IMG/VR virus record: IMGVR_UViG_2767802354_000003
Span: 4,685-68,684 of that record
Length of the DNA: 64,000 nt
Direction: 5' to 3' (one strand)
Source: a virus
Lineage: Duplodnaviria > Caudoviricetes
Within the stretch, counting starts at the first letter, position 1. Every line of letters begins with the position of its first letter. Shown here piece by piece: positions 10,088 through 20,699 of this stretch. The translations under genes were made by a program, and so were the position numbers. The notes under the pieces are model-generated. The model saw nothing but the letters and a program-made list of their open reading frames with translations, was not told where the DNA came from and did not search any database.

Positions 10088-10741
10088 TCAAGCAGCCTTA
10101 GCCAGAGTGGTCGGAGCGCCACGCAACAGCACCGTGGACTTGGTAGTCATCTCGGCACCCTTCTCGGTGCTCGGTGTGTCGTCATAGGCCAGCTCGCCCA
10201 CGTAGTAGCTGGCGGAGCCGTCCTTGAAGTCCAGACGATGCACAGACTCCATGCCGTCAGACGCCTTCAAAGCAGCACGAGCCGCACCATCCTGTTTCCA
10301 GCTGTTGGTGTATTCCAGGCGGCGCGCCGAGCGACCCTGACTGAATTCCTGCTCGTCTTCAACATCCAGATAGCTGCTGCTGCCAGTCTTGAGTTCACCA
10401 CCGCTCAGCGCGAAACTGGGGACATAAGGCAGGCGCTGCCAATCGTTGGCAACCAGAGGGATCAGCGATACCTCTCCACCCATCGGAAATTTTGTGAGAT
10501 CGCTGGTATCAACACCGTCCAGAGTCACGCTGTCAGCCGTCGCGGCCTTGACGCGGGCCACGCGCCCCTCCAGCTCCGGGTAGTCCTCGCTGGTGATGAC
10601 GACTACAGCCTTAGCCTGCAAAGTATTGGCCACTGTCACCATCGCATGTGCTGCATTGGACATTGCACCAGCGGCCAAGGCGGTAAGAGCCGCGGTGTAA
10701 AGATTGAGTTTTGCCCCATCGGGCAGAGGAACTTTGCGCAT
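10088..10741 (-). CDS. Major tail tube protein
   Basis: VPLPDG N-terminus, synteny, preceded by a terminator-like hairpin. Confidence 0.85.
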   Translation of the reverse strand: MRKVPLPDGAKLNLYTAALTALAAGAMSNAAHAMVTVANTLQAKAVVVITSEDYPELEGRVARVKAATADSVTLDGVDTSDLTKFPMGGEVSLIPLVANDWQRLPYVPSFALSGGELKTGSSSYLDVEDEQEFSQGRSARRLEYTNSWKQDGAARAALKASDGMESVHRLDFKDGSASYYVGELAYDDTPSTEKGAEMTTKSTVLLRGAPTTLAKAA

Positions 10742-10818
10742 GGTTGTGCCCCTTTCAGGCAAAGAAAAACCCGCCTGGTTTCCCATGGCGGGTTGTTTGG
10801 CCCTTGCGGGCGTTGAAG

Positions 10819-11160
10819 TCAGTAGCTGACGCGGATGTCCTGGTCAGCTGTGTAAAGATCCATGTCGTGGTCGTAGTCGTCGCTGAAGTTGCCTATCGGC
10901 CGGACAACGAGATCTCGGTGGGCGCGCAATGCGCTGACAAGCAGCTGCATTAGCCGCTTCGGCTCCAGAATATCTGGGCTGAAAATCCGGATCTGCACAT
11001 CGGCAGCATCAACCTGAGAATCCTCGTTGTCCAGGTATTCGCTGGTATCTCCACCAAAGCGCTGCCAGATCACATAAGGCGTTTGCGCGTTAGCCGGGGC
11101 CACAGTGCCGTAGCAGCTCGGGATTACGGCCGCAATGGCTGCGTGTAGAGCTTCGTCCAT
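10819..11160 (-). CDS. Tail terminator/completion protein (DUF3168-like)
   Basis: APANAQTPYVIW motif; synteny. Confidence 0.8.
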   Translation of the reverse strand: MDEALHAAIAAVIPSCYGTVAPANAQTPYVIWQRFGGDTSEYLDNEDSQVDAADVQIRIFSPDILEPKRLMQLLVSALRAHRDLVVRPIGNFSDDYDHDMDLYTADQDIRVSY

Positions 11161-11708
11161 CACTTCACCTTTTCCAAGGCTTGCCAAAGCACATCAGCCG
11201 AGGCCAGCACAGCAGCCGGCTCCGCGCGCTGCGACCCGCGCATGAAGGCCTTGCCCGGTATGTAGACCGGCCCACCCGGGCGGGGCAGATAGTACGCATC
11301 CTTCTCGGCCTGACTGGCTCTGCGCCGCGGCTTCTTCTTGCCGGCGCTCTCCGGCCGCGCCAGCGTCACCCAGCCCTTTCGGGTCATCACCACCTGATAG
11401 CGCTGCCAATGGCCGTTCTCCAGCAGCTGACCATGCGGCGCAGTCTTGGCGTTCCAGCTGATGTGATACTCGGCAACACCCTGCCCGCTGTTCTCTGGCG
11501 AGAAAGCCTGATAGATGGCCTTGTCCAGGTTGCCCGAGAGCTTCTTGATCCTGGCGACGTTGGCCTTCGCTGTGTCGTAGAACACCTGGGCGGCGGCCTG
11601 TGCCGCCGGCCTGGCCGCCTCCTCTGCCGCGTCACCCAGATCATCAAACAGCGACTCAACCCCCGAAAGATCGATAGAGGCAATGAGTGAATTGCTCCCC
11701 CTAGCCAT
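11160..11708 (-). CDS. HK97 gp10-like neck protein
   Basis: SGNLDKAI, LLENGH and PGKAFMR motifs. Confidence 0.8.
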   Translation of the reverse strand: MARGSNSLIASIDLSGVESLFDDLGDAAEEAARPAAQAAAQVFYDTAKANVARIKKLSGNLDKAIYQAFSPENSGQGVAEYHISWNAKTAPHGQLLENGHWQRYQVVMTRKGWVTLARPESAGKKKPRRRASQAEKDAYYLPRPGGPVYIPGKAFMRGSQRAEPAAVLASADVLWQALEKVK

Positions 11709-12024
11709 TGGTCACCTCACACACCAGATCCACATACTCGCGGCGCTGCCGCTCTGGCAAAACGGCCTTGATGCTGTATTCCACGCCTGCACAGACAGCA
11801 CGCATGTCAGCCTTGATGTCCGTGCGCCATCGAATTCGGATACTGGCCTGAGCTTTGCTGGCCACCTGCCCCGCGCGCACGGTTTCGCTGCCCGAGGCAA
11901 AGCGAATGTTTGCCCAGACCTTTGCAACCTCTTCCCAGTTGTTCGATAGCTGGCCAAGCCCGCCACCAGTCAAGCGGCGCTGGATGTGTATGCGGTCTCG
12001 AAGACTTCCTGCGTCCATGGTCAA
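11701..12024 (-). CDS. Head-closure/head-tail adaptor
   Basis: AGSLRDRIHIQ, VWANIR, IRIRWR motifs. Confidence 0.88.
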   Translation of the reverse strand: MTMDAGSLRDRIHIQRRLTGGGLGQLSNNWEEVAKVWANIRFASGSETVRAGQVASKAQASIRIRWRTDIKADMRAVCAGVEYSIKAVLPERQRREYVDLVCEVTNG

Positions 12025-12530
12025 AACCCCGGTTGCACGTTGATACTGGACAAGAGAGCGGCGCTGATGTGAGGAGGAGCCTTCGCCCCTTCGCGCTGTC
12101 CCATCAGCTCACGATTGGCATACAGCCAGGCGACAACCAGCAGCATCCAGGCGCGCACGCCGGCGTGCACCGCGATGTCGATACCCGCTGTGTATGTGAT
12201 TTGCGCTGCCTTGCCGACAAATCCCGATGCCTGAACCAAGGTGCGCCGGCCACTCTGCGCAACGACAAAAGGCACAGCGTCGCCATTGACCGTGACAGCC
12301 TCCACCTCAATCACGCGGCCGCGGGCAAGCACCGAATAACCTGCATCAATGGCCTGCTCGATGTAGCGCGCCTTGCGGATGGCCGCGCCGCTGACCTCTT
12401 CTGCCAACGCGCGTGCGGCCGGGATAAGGATGCCTTCAAAGTAAGCATCCTCTTCATCACCATCCACTCGGCATTGCAGCTTCACCTCGGCAAGTGTCAA
12501 AGGCTCATCGCCAAGGTACTGGGAAATCAT
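12021..12530 (-). CDS. Head-tail connector (gp6-like)
   Basis: EPLTLAEVKLQCRVD and VAWLYANRE motifs. Confidence 0.88.
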   Translation of the reverse strand: MISQYLGDEPLTLAEVKLQCRVDGDEEDAYFEGILIPAARALAEEVSGAAIRKARYIEQAIDAGYSVLARGRVIEVEAVTVNGDAVPFVVAQSGRRTLVQASGFVGKAAQITYTAGIDIAVHAGVRAWMLLVVAWLYANRELMGQREGAKAPPHISAALLSSINVQPGF

Positions 12531-12841
12531 GCCTTGGCGCTCTTGGGTGCTTTGCCTGCTGGCTTGGACTGCGGCTCGGAAGCCAGGAGCGCTTGCTGCG
12601 CTTCCGCTGCAGGGTCCTGCTCGGGCGCCGGCTCCTGCAATTGCTGCTCAGCAGCAGCGCCAACGTGGGCAGGCTGGAGACCATCCAGCTCTTGCTCAAC
12701 TTGGTCTGCATCGGGTTCAGCATCAGGCCTGGCCACACCCAGATTCCTCAGGTGCTGGGCGGCGTCCGCATCAAAGCCCGCACGATCGCCTTTGGCGTAA
12801 GCCCCGAAGGGCTTGGTGAATAGCACGACTACTTTTTTCAT
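12527..12841 (-). CDS. Hypothetical head-region protein (104 aa)
   Basis: Directly after capsid gene; GDRAGF motif, low-complexity tail; RBS present. Confidence 0.65.
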   Translation of the reverse strand: MKKVVVLFTKPFGAYAKGDRAGFDADAAQHLRNLGVARPDAEPDADQVEQELDGLQPAHVGAAAEQQLQEPAPEQDPAAEAQQALLASEPQSKPAGKAPKSAKA

Positions 12842-12897
12842 TACACACTCCTTGAACGCCCCGGCCAGCGGCCAGAGCAGATCAACACAAGGCGGGC

Positions 12898-14217
12898 TTA
12901 GCCGAAGCTGGAGCCCCACTGAACGTCCTTGAGCACCACGATGGATTCGACGTGGCGGGGGCCAAAGTCGTGCTTGGCGATCACGCGAATCAGCGTCTGG
13001 TCGCGCTGGAAGGCGGAGATCACATTGCCCTGGCCGTCCTTGTAGGTGGCCTCCTTGGAGTAGTCGATCACCAGACCTTCGTCTTCGCCGATAAAGCAGT
13101 CACCGAAGTCGGCTAGGTACAGTTCCGAGCCGTTGGAATCCGCGCCCACGGTCAGGTTCGCCGGAATCTGCGTGGTGAACGCCACGGCATAGCCCTTGAG
13201 GAAGCCGTTATCCAGCTCCGGGTAGGCCTTGTTGCCATTGCCATCACGGATGGAAGCCAGGAAGCGGAAGGTGCGAGGGTTCATGACCCAACCGACGCTG
13301 GTCATGTTGGCATTGGCGTTTTCCAGGCGGAACAGAGCCTTGTTCAGGTCAGAATCCACCTCTGCCAATGTCGGCGTGGCCGAGGTCGGTGCAAACACAT
13401 TGGCTGGCAAGGCCCAGTGGCGCAGGCCCTTGGGCGTGTTGGAGGTGCCGTCGTCGCGCAGAAAGGCCTTGTCTTCACGGGCCGCCAGCGCGCTGGTCAG
13501 GTCGCCCACCACGATGGCGTCCACATTCGGGTTGGCCGAAGAGTTGGCCAACAGGTCATTGCTGATGGGCACCAGTGCCGCCAGCTTCTTGCCCGACAGT
13601 TTCAGGTCGTCGAATTCGCCCTGGGTTGCAGGCACGTCGGAATCAGAGCCGATATAGCCAACCACCGCACCACCCTTGAGGCGCGGGATGGTCATATTGC
13701 CGTTGTTCAGAGGCAAGGGCCGCGTCCCCATCTTGCGCACGGTGGACTTGGGACGCAAAAGCTCAATCACCTCGCTCGAGAGATTGGTGGGCACCAGCAC
13801 ACCGCCGGCGGCCGAGGTCAGCGTATTCAGCGAAGCAGCGATTTGCTCGCCGTAGCCGCGCTCAATGGCCAACTGCGCTGCAGCCTGGCGATTGCCTTGG
13901 GCTGCGGCCAAGGCAACTACCATCTTGGCCATGCCGGCGCCAGGCGCTTCAGCCTGCTTGGGTTGGGCGGGTACGGTCTTGGTTGCAGTCACATCCACAG
14001 CAGCAGAGACAGGCACTGCGGCCGCCGCATTCATGCGTTCGGCAGACTCCAGGCGTGCGATCTGACCGGACATGCTCTCGAACTGCGCCTGCAGCTCGCC
14101 AAACTCGGCCTGCTGCTCGGAGGTCAGAGAGCCGTTTTCGGCCTCCTGCTTGGCCAAGGCTTGCACGCGGTCGTTGATCTTGGCGCGCTCGCTACGGATT
14201 TCATGGATTTTGGACAT
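12898..14217 (-). CDS. Major capsid protein, HK97 fold
   Basis: N-terminal coiled-coil delta domain, AGGVLVP motif, RVIAKHDF C-terminus. Confidence 0.95.
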   Translation of the reverse strand: MSKIHEIRSERAKINDRVQALAKQEAENGSLTSEQQAEFGELQAQFESMSGQIARLESAERMNAAAAVPVSAAVDVTATKTVPAQPKQAEAPGAGMAKMVVALAAAQGNRQAAAQLAIERGYGEQIAASLNTLTSAAGGVLVPTNLSSEVIELLRPKSTVRKMGTRPLPLNNGNMTIPRLKGGAVVGYIGSDSDVPATQGEFDDLKLSGKKLAALVPISNDLLANSSANPNVDAIVVGDLTSALAAREDKAFLRDDGTSNTPKGLRHWALPANVFAPTSATPTLAEVDSDLNKALFRLENANANMTSVGWVMNPRTFRFLASIRDGNGNKAYPELDNGFLKGYAVAFTTQIPANLTVGADSNGSELYLADFGDCFIGEDEGLVIDYSKEATYKDGQGNVISAFQRDQTLIRVIAKHDFGPRHVESIVVLKDVQWGSSFG

Positions 14218-14353
14218 AACGTCTCTTTCAATAAGAAAACCCGCTCCAGGCGGGTTCAGTGATGCCCATGGCGGGCGCAAGTAAAACTGCCAGGGCAGTA
14301 AAAAGGAGGAAACGACTGCGACGTACAGCCTCTTGTGAAGCGGATGCCGAGAA

Positions 14354-15298
14354 TTAAGACTGCATCTGACAGTTCATAGCGGCCGCACGCGCGCTAAAAC
14401 TACGTACAGGCTGTGGCTTACGGCTGGAGTGAACGCTTGCAGCAATACGATTGATGGCTGCTTGCGGTGGTTCGATGTGGTCAGCAAGGCCCATCTCGAT
14501 GCCCTTGGCACCAAAGTACACACCAGCCTCGGTGCTGCGCACCGCAGCCACGCTTAGCCCACGATTACGCGCTACCAGCTCTGTGAACTCCACATAGTTC
14601 TGCTGCACCAGTTCATTGAGCCACTGCGCCGCCTCCGTACTCAGCGGGGCATCACTGGCCAGATCCGCCTTGCGCGCGCCGGCAAAGATGGTGGTGACCT
14701 TGATGCCCTGCTCTTCATAGCGCTTGCTCATGTCCACATGGCGCGCGATGACGCCGATGGAGCCCACCCCCGAGGAGTTGCTGAGCACGATCTCGTTGGC
14801 CGCGCTGGCAAGGCCGTAGGCCGCTGAGTAGCAGGAGAAGTTGACGATGGCCGTGATGGGTTTGATGGAGCGGGCCGCAAAGATCTCTTCGGCCAGGTCA
14901 GTCATGCCGGTGGCTGAGCCGCCGGGGCTGTCCACATCCAGCGCAACATGTTCCACCGCATCATCAGCCAGCGCGGCCTGCAGCTGGGTACGAATGCCTT
15001 CGTAGCTGGTCATGGTGGTGCACATGTCCATGTGCGCGGAGCGCGAGACCAGGGCGCCATGAATGGGCAGGACGTAGACACCGCTCTCTCGGGCTGCGTT
15101 GAGGCGGCGCTCTGCCGGCGAGATGGCGTTAACTGGCTCGTCATCCTCCATGGCCATGATCTGACCGCCGGGGTTGAGGTTGACGATGTTCAGGTTCATC
15201 GCCTGGTTGGCCCAGTTCACAGCCATGTCCAGCCAGTCTTCGCGCACCATCTGCGGGGTGTTGAAGATCATGCTGGCGATGCGAGGGAAGTTTTTCAT
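14354..15298 (-). CDS. Prohead protease, S49/SppA family
   Basis: LDVDSPGGSA, SAAYGLASAA and GVGSIGV motifs. Confidence 0.92.
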   Translation of the reverse strand: MKNFPRIASMIFNTPQMVREDWLDMAVNWANQAMNLNIVNLNPGGQIMAMEDDEPVNAISPAERRLNAARESGVYVLPIHGALVSRSAHMDMCTTMTSYEGIRTQLQAALADDAVEHVALDVDSPGGSATGMTDLAEEIFAARSIKPITAIVNFSCYSAAYGLASAANEIVLSNSSGVGSIGVIARHVDMSKRYEEQGIKVTTIFAGARKADLASDAPLSTEAAQWLNELVQQNYVEFTELVARNRGLSVAAVRSTEAGVYFGAKGIEMGLADHIEPPQAAINRIAASVHSSRKPQPVRSFSARAAAMNCQMQS

Positions 15299-16545
15299 GT
15301 CAGGGCCTTCTGGATATCGCGGACTTGCTCGTCCGATGCATCAGTGAATTTTTCCGGCATCTGCGTGCCGGCCCCGACCATATTCAGGGGCTGCAGGTAC
15401 ACATCGCCGCCGGTGACTGGCGGCAGGTTTTCCAGGCGGCGGATGTCGTTGACCGACAGCCAACCCCACTGGCGGGCCACGGCGTACGCCTTGAAGCGCG
15501 CTTCCTGGTTACCGCGCAGCAGGCCGCCGATGTTGAACTCGATGTAGTAGCGGCTTCGCTCGGAGGGCAGCAGCAAATCGCGCTGCAGCGCCTGCTCATG
15601 GCGGCGAAGCCATGGCATCAGGGTGTAGATCACGAACTGGATCTGGAGGTTTTCCACGTTGTTGTACGTGGCTGCCTCCATCATCCCGACCATGGGCGGC
15701 GGCATCTTGTAGATGCGGGTGATATCCACCGCGGCCAGCTTCAGCGCGCCGATCAGCTCTGCGTCCACGTTGTTCATGGACAGGGCTTTGAAGGTCATGC
15801 CCTCCTGCAGCAGGGCCACCTTGCCCGCATTGGGCGCGCCACCGAACTTGGCCTGCCAGTTGTTGGTCAGCGCATCAATGGCACTTTGCTCCTTGATGGC
15901 AGCAGCTTCCTTAGGACGCTCCAGTACCCCGGACAGCGCCGTGCCATGCAGAAAGGACTTGCTGCCGTACTCTTCCAGCGCCAGCGCATAGCCAATGCTG
16001 TTGGCGTGCAGGGCGATGGGCGACAGGCCGGTGTACTTGTCCAGCGATACCCAGCGCACGTGGTGAACAAAGCGGGCAGGCACTGGCTCCTTGCCGTCAA
16101 TGGAGTAATACGGCTTGAGGTCAGGCCCCTTGAACACCTGAACATCACCCGGGTTGAGCGGGATCAGCGCCGTGGGGTTGCCGCGGCCGTCGCGCTCAAT
16201 GAAGCTGTAGGCGTTGCCGCGCAGCCCCAACGCTGTTTGCGCGTACTCACGTGACTCGAACGGCGTCTGCCAATCATTGGGGGCGAACTTGAGCAGCGCA
16301 TAGGCCGGGTGGGCATCTGCAGGCTTGCGGGAGCCGTCCTCCAGGCGCTCAAACACCTCCAATGGCAGTTGCGCCACAGACTCAGCCAGCAGCGACACAC
16401 AGTTCTGCAGCACAGGCAAAGCCAAGGCCGTCTGCGGCGTAACCAGCTGGCCGGCGGCCGACTGCTTCGCTCCACCAATGATGGACGACAGCCAGCCAAC
16501 GCGGGTGCCCGCCTGCTCGGCGGTTTCTCGTTTGTTGAACAGCAT
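15295..16545 (-). CDS. Portal protein, HK97 family
   Basis: LGLRGNAY, GLSPI, IYKMPPPMVG and WLSVNDIRRLENLPP motifs. Confidence 0.95.
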   Translation of the reverse strand: MLFNKRETAEQAGTRVGWLSSIIGGAKQSAAGQLVTPQTALALPVLQNCVSLLAESVAQLPLEVFERLEDGSRKPADAHPAYALLKFAPNDWQTPFESREYAQTALGLRGNAYSFIERDGRGNPTALIPLNPGDVQVFKGPDLKPYYSIDGKEPVPARFVHHVRWVSLDKYTGLSPIALHANSIGYALALEEYGSKSFLHGTALSGVLERPKEAAAIKEQSAIDALTNNWQAKFGGAPNAGKVALLQEGMTFKALSMNNVDAELIGALKLAAVDITRIYKMPPPMVGMMEAATYNNVENLQIQFVIYTLMPWLRRHEQALQRDLLLPSERSRYYIEFNIGGLLRGNQEARFKAYAVARQWGWLSVNDIRRLENLPPVTGGDVYLQPLNMVGAGTQMPEKFTDASDEQVRDIQKALT

Positions 16546-16718
16546 CAGCTCATCCGATCAATGGCAATGCCGGCAGCCAGCAGCAGGCCACCGCCCACCA
16601 TGGCCGCGACCGATATAGAGAAGTGCGCTGCGATACCGCCCATCAGGCACGCAAAGCCCACCGCCATGAAGGCCAGGCCCACGTGCTCGCGGGTTATGAG
16701 GTTGAGGAGGTTTTTCAT
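16545..16718 (-). CDS. Small two-TM protein (57 aa) preceding portal; not in ORF track
   Basis: MKNLLNLITREHVGLAFMAVGFACLMGG...DRMS, hydrophobic, TGATG-coupled to portal. Confidence 0.7.
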   Translation of the reverse strand: MKNLLNLITREHVGLAFMAVGFACLMGGIAAHFSISVAAMVGGGLLLAAGIAIDRMS

Positions 16719-16765
16719 GGCGACGAGGGAGAAGCTGCCGAGGAGCTAGCGCGGGCGGCGGGAAT

Positions 16766-16787
16766 AAAAAAGCCACCCGAAGGTGGC
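16766..16787 (-). terminator. Intrinsic terminator after BRO gene
   Basis: GCCACC-TTCG-GGTGGC followed by a T run on the - strand. Confidence 0.75.
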
Positions 16788-17290
16788 TACTGGAACTGAA
16801 GCGAAGGCTGGATTCGCGACATCAGTACATCTGCCGCTCGCTGTAGCGGCGGCTTCCTAGTTTTGTGCTCGCTGAGTCCACGCCCGCACAAGCTTGCGAA
16901 TTTATCTTGGGCATCCAGGGCTGCCCTTGCCTCGTACCATTCCTGGATGAGCGATGGCGCGGCCCGCTGACCATCAAGGATATCCAGAACCCAGCGACGG
17001 AAATCTTGAGCCTTTGCAGTGCGAGCAAACATTCCGATGAGGTGGGCTCCGCGCAGACTAAAAACCCGCGTCTGGGTCAAGAGGTTACCCGACACCCCCG
17101 AAGTGGGGGTCTCGACAATTGCGGTCATTGACGCAGTGAACTCCACGCGGTGACGATCAAAAATACGCGTCACCTTGTCCGCGCGCGAATACCCGAGCGC
17201 CCGAGCTATATCGGCAGCACTTGCCCACTTCTTCCCATCCTTTTCGATGAGTCGGATCGGCTGGTTTTGGAACATCAGTTCTTTCATCAT
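16787..17290 (-). CDS. BRO-N domain antirepressor-like protein (moron)
   Basis: W.SAADIARALGY and FSLRGAHLIGMFART..A..FRRWVLD motifs of BRO-N proteins. Confidence 0.85.
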   Translation of the reverse strand: MMKELMFQNQPIRLIEKDGKKWASAADIARALGYSRADKVTRIFDRHRVEFTASMTAIVETPTSGVSGNLLTQTRVFSLRGAHLIGMFARTAKAQDFRRWVLDILDGQRAAPSLIQEWYEARAALDAQDKFASLCGRGLSEHKTRKPPLQRAADVLMSRIQPSLQFQ

Positions 17291-17498
17291 TTGCCTTTCG
17301 GAAATATAAAAACCGCCTCGGCGGGCGGTTTGATGTGAGGCTGCTGAGCAGCTCTTTGGATGCGAAAATGAAAAAGCCCGCAATGCGCGGGCTTGGGCTA
17401 CGGCCAATTGGCACCAGCTTGCCTGAAAACTACCACAAGTCTCTATGGTGTAAAACTCATTTCACCAACTTCGCCATCATGAATTTCAGCAGCATCGG

Positions 17499-19211
17499 CT
17501 AGATGCCGACTCCACTGTCATAGATGCTGGCCTCCTGCTCGGCCTGCTTGCCAGGCATTGCGCGGCCGATGGCCATGATCAGTGCTACGGCTCCGTCAAT
17601 CTTGTTGTCGTTGCCTTGCTTGATGGGGCGCACGATGTCGTCGTTGCCGACCAGGTGTTTGCCGATCACATTGCCCATGCACCAGGTCATCAGCGGGTTG
17701 CCGTCGTGATGAAAGCGCCCGGACATGATGGCCGCCTCGAGCTCCTTCATCGGGTCGCTCATGTTGGTGTAGTTCTGCACGATGGTGATCGGAAGCAAGC
17801 CTTCATCGTCGAGCTGGTGGGCCAGGTTGGTGGCGCCGTGCGGATCCATGGGCGATGCTTCAACAGGATTTAACCTTGCGGCTTCCTTGGCTTCTTCCAG
17901 AATCTCGCGGTAGTCAATCTCGGCACCGTCGGTGGTCAGCAGATGACCTGTGTTGACCCACTTCTGCAAGCGCTCGGCCATCCGCCGGTTGTCGCTGTTG
18001 TTGACCGTGTCCTCTGGCACCCAGAAGCGCGGAGCGATGCTGTAGTAGTGCCGCTTTCCATCGATGTCGCGCCAGAACAGCCGGGCCATGCTGTTCATGT
18101 CCAGCTTGCGAGCCAGGTCGAACGACAAGACCACCGACTGGCCTTCGAAATCAGCCAGATTCAGTGTGTCGTCTTCACAAGACTCCCACTGAGTCATGTT
18201 GAAGTAACCAGTTTTGGCGGTTACCCAGAGACCCAGGTGCTTGGTTTTGAAGGTATTCGTGAAGCGCGCCTGCTGGATGGCTCTTCGCTGCTGACTCTCC
18301 AAGTACTCTTGATAGACTGACACACCGATATTGGGGTTGGCCTTGGCTAGCACCTTTGGATCCGTCCAGTCATCCTCTGGATCAACCGTCCAGATCCAGC
18401 CAAACAGCTCGTCGTTAGGCACCGTACCGTCGAGCATTTCCACAACTTCGCGCCGCTTGTCGTAGCACGGACCTTCGATGTTGTAGCCAGCCGTGGTGAT
18501 GATGAACATCAGAGGCTGTTTGCGCGCGCCCATGCCAGTGAGCATGGTGGTGTAGAGCGCATCGCTGTCGTGCTCGTGGTACTCGTCAACGATGGAGCAC
18601 GAAGGACTGGCACCGTCACCGGGGTTGCCGATGATGGGCTCAAAGCGGCTGCCATCGCCTGGCTTGTTCAAATTGGAGGCATTGACCTCGATGCCGGCAG
18701 CTTCCAGCAGCATGGGAGAGCGCATCGCCATGAGACGCGCTGGCCGAAACACCTCCCATGCCTGCTTTTCTGTAGTGGCCCCGGAGTAAATCTCGGCGCC
18801 AAACTCGTTGTCGGCGGCAAACATGGCCAGACCCACGCCGGCTGCAATGACGCTCTTGCCGTTCTTGCGATTAACCTCCCAGTAGCTTTCACGAAAGCGG
18901 CGAAGACCATCCTTCTTGCGCTTCCATCCAAAGGTGCACGCCAGACCGAACTTCTGCCACGGCTCAAGGGTGATCAACTGGCGCTTGAAGCCCCATTCGC
19001 CCTTGGTGTGCGGCAGCAGCTCAATCAGAGCAATCTTCTTCTGCGCCTCCTTCGCATCAAACTCATAGGGGTACGCTTTGCTTTTGCTGGCCAGCAGATC
19101 ATCCAGATGACGCTGGCAGGCCTGCCGGACATATCGACACGCCGGAATCTTGCCGGCAACAATGGCCTTAGCGAACTTGTTGGCTGCATCCACCGCCGGA
19201 TATTTAGCCAT
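17499..19211 (-). CDS. terL: Terminase large subunit
   Basis: VNRKNGKS Walker [10 protein letters not shown] Walker [12 protein letters not shown] nuclease motif. Confidence 0.96.
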   Translation of the reverse strand: MAKYPAVDAANKFAKAIVAGKIPACRYVRQACQRHLDDLLASKSKAYPYEFDAKEAQKKIALIELLPHTKGEWGFKRQLITLEPWQKFGLACTFGWKRKKDGLRRFRESYWEVNRKNGKSVIAAGVGLAMFAADNEFGAEIYSGATTEKQAWEVFRPARLMAMRSPMLLEAAGIEVNASNLNKPGDGSRFEPIIGNPGDGASPSCSIVDEYHEHDSDALYTTMLTGMGARKQPLMFIITTAGYNIEGPCYDKRREVVEMLDGTVPNDELFGWIWTVDPEDDWTDPKVLAKANPNIGVSVYQEYLESQQRRAIQQARFTNTFKTKHLGLWVTAKTGYFNMTQWESCEDDTLNLADFEGQSVVLSFDLARKLDMNSMARLFWRDIDGKRHYYSIAPRFWVPEDTVNNSDNRRMAERLQKWVNTGHLLTTDGAEIDYREILEEAKEAARLNPVEASPMDPHGATNLAHQLDDEGLLPITIVQNYTNMSDPMKELEAAIMSGRFHHDGNPLMTWCMGNVIGKHLVGNDDIVRPIKQGNDNKIDGAVALIMAIGRAMPGKQAEQEASIYDSGVGI

Positions 19212-19686
19212 TGATGACCCCTGCAAACGGGTTGTCGCTCTGCTTCTGTTTACCTGTGCCCATCATTCGCTGTCGACTGGACGGGTCCAGCCCCAGCATT
19301 CCGCCATAGCTGGCCATCATGGCCGTCGCCTCTTTGAGGGCCGTCGCGGCGGGGTTCTTGATCACGCCTCCCATGGCCCCAGAGACCGTCACTCCGTTCT
19401 GGGCGATATCCGCCTGGGCCATCCGAAACTGGTCATAAGCGGAGCAGTACACCTCAAGGTTCTGAATATCTGTCGCCGCCAAAATGCGCTCTTTGCACAA
19501 CTGCGGCGCCACGGTTTCCCAGAGCATCCGGCCGTTATCCCCCATCCAATCCGGGCAATCGATATTCAGAACCAGCTCGAAGTCTGGTTCAGATTTATTG
19601 AGAGCTCGCTTGCCTGGATTACCAGCCAATAGCTTCTTTGCCGTAGGTTTGGGGCGACGGCCAGAGCGCCCAGCAGCACCTGCCAT
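19204..19686 (-). CDS. terS: Terminase small subunit, P27 family
   Basis: GRRPKPT...[14 protein letters not shown] and LGLDPSSR motifs. Confidence 0.93.
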   Translation of the reverse strand: MAGAAGRSGRRPKPTAKKLLAGNPGKRALNKSEPDFELVLNIDCPDWMGDNGRMLWETVAPQLCKERILAATDIQNLEVYCSAYDQFRMAQADIAQNGVTVSGAMGGVIKNPAATALKEATAMMASYGGMLGLDPSSRQRMMGTGKQKQSDNPFAGVING

Positions 19687-19689
19687 CGG

Positions 19690-19830
19690 GCCTCCAGTTA
19701 AATTTCATATTTCGCGGGCGTAAAAATGTGACGAACCGGTCGGTCTAGAGCGCGAGGGCACCCTGGTTTCGACCCTCCCCCCTCCCCGCCCAGAGCCACC
19801 CAAGCTGCACGATGCGTGCCCACATGCGAA
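19690..19830 (-). other. Probable cos (packaging) region
   Basis: Intergenic G-rich GGGGAGGGGGGAGGG tract between HNH and terS, where HK97-like phages carry cos; cut site not determinable. Confidence 0.45.
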
Positions 19831-19834
19831 GCGA

Positions 19835-20233
19835 TCAGGTCAAGAGGGAGGTGAACAGACCCTGCGACTCCCGCGCCGTTTTGACGGCGTGACAAGCCTT
19901 GCAGATCGCCTGCAGATTTTCTCTTGCGTCCATCTGTTCTCGCGTCCAACCCAGCCGCTTGGCCTGGGCCTTCGGGACAATGTGATCGACCTCTTGCGCG
20001 CCCGACACCGCACCGAGCTTGAGGCATGGCTGGCACAAGCACGCATCGCGTTGCATGACCCACTCTCGAATCTTCTGCCACGCATAGTCATAGCCACGCG
20101 ACTTGGCCGAGCCTCGCCCCGGATGATTCCAGCCGCTGGCTTCGGACTGGTGTTCATCGCAAAAACCCGAGGACGAGCGCGACAGAGTATTGCAGCCTCG
20201 ATGGCGACAAGGCTTGTTAGGGCGCTGAGGCAT
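19835..20233 (-). CDS. Terminase-associated HNH endonuclease
   Basis: CLCQPC, EVDHIVP, NLQAICKACHAVKT motifs. Confidence 0.93.
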   Translation of the reverse strand: MPQRPNKPCRHRGCNTLSRSSSGFCDEHQSEASGWNHPGRGSAKSRGYDYAWQKIREWVMQRDACLCQPCLKLGAVSGAQEVDHIVPKAQAKRLGWTREQMDARENLQAICKACHAVKTARESQGLFTSLLT

Positions 20234-20699
20234 TACCAACCCGTCCCTGATGCTGCACCGCCTTTTCGATGCGCATCCCAGCAAAAACCCAAGGGTTAAC
20301 ACCTAGCAACCTCCTACACCAGAAGATCAGAATGGAATCACTCACCAGAAGCTCCATCCAGAGAGAGATCACGACTGAAGTTCATTTACACCCTCGTCTA
20401 TCGGCAAGTTTCAGTGAGTGAAGGGCCTACCTAGTAGGCCCTTTCTGTTTATGTCACAGACATAGGTGCCGCCACCGAGTGATCCGCCCCTACTGCAATG
20501 TGCGTGATCGTCGGGCGTGCTCGGTGGCAGCGAACCGTGAATAAAAAGCTGTCGAGGTGATCGAAGAAAAGTCCCTGCAGCACAGCAATAGGGAACACAA
20601 ATCGTCTTGGACGGAATGTAGGCACATCCACCTACACCAACACACTGCTAGCAAGCACCAAATCGATAGTGAGCTTTCACACACATTCAGGAGAAGTCA

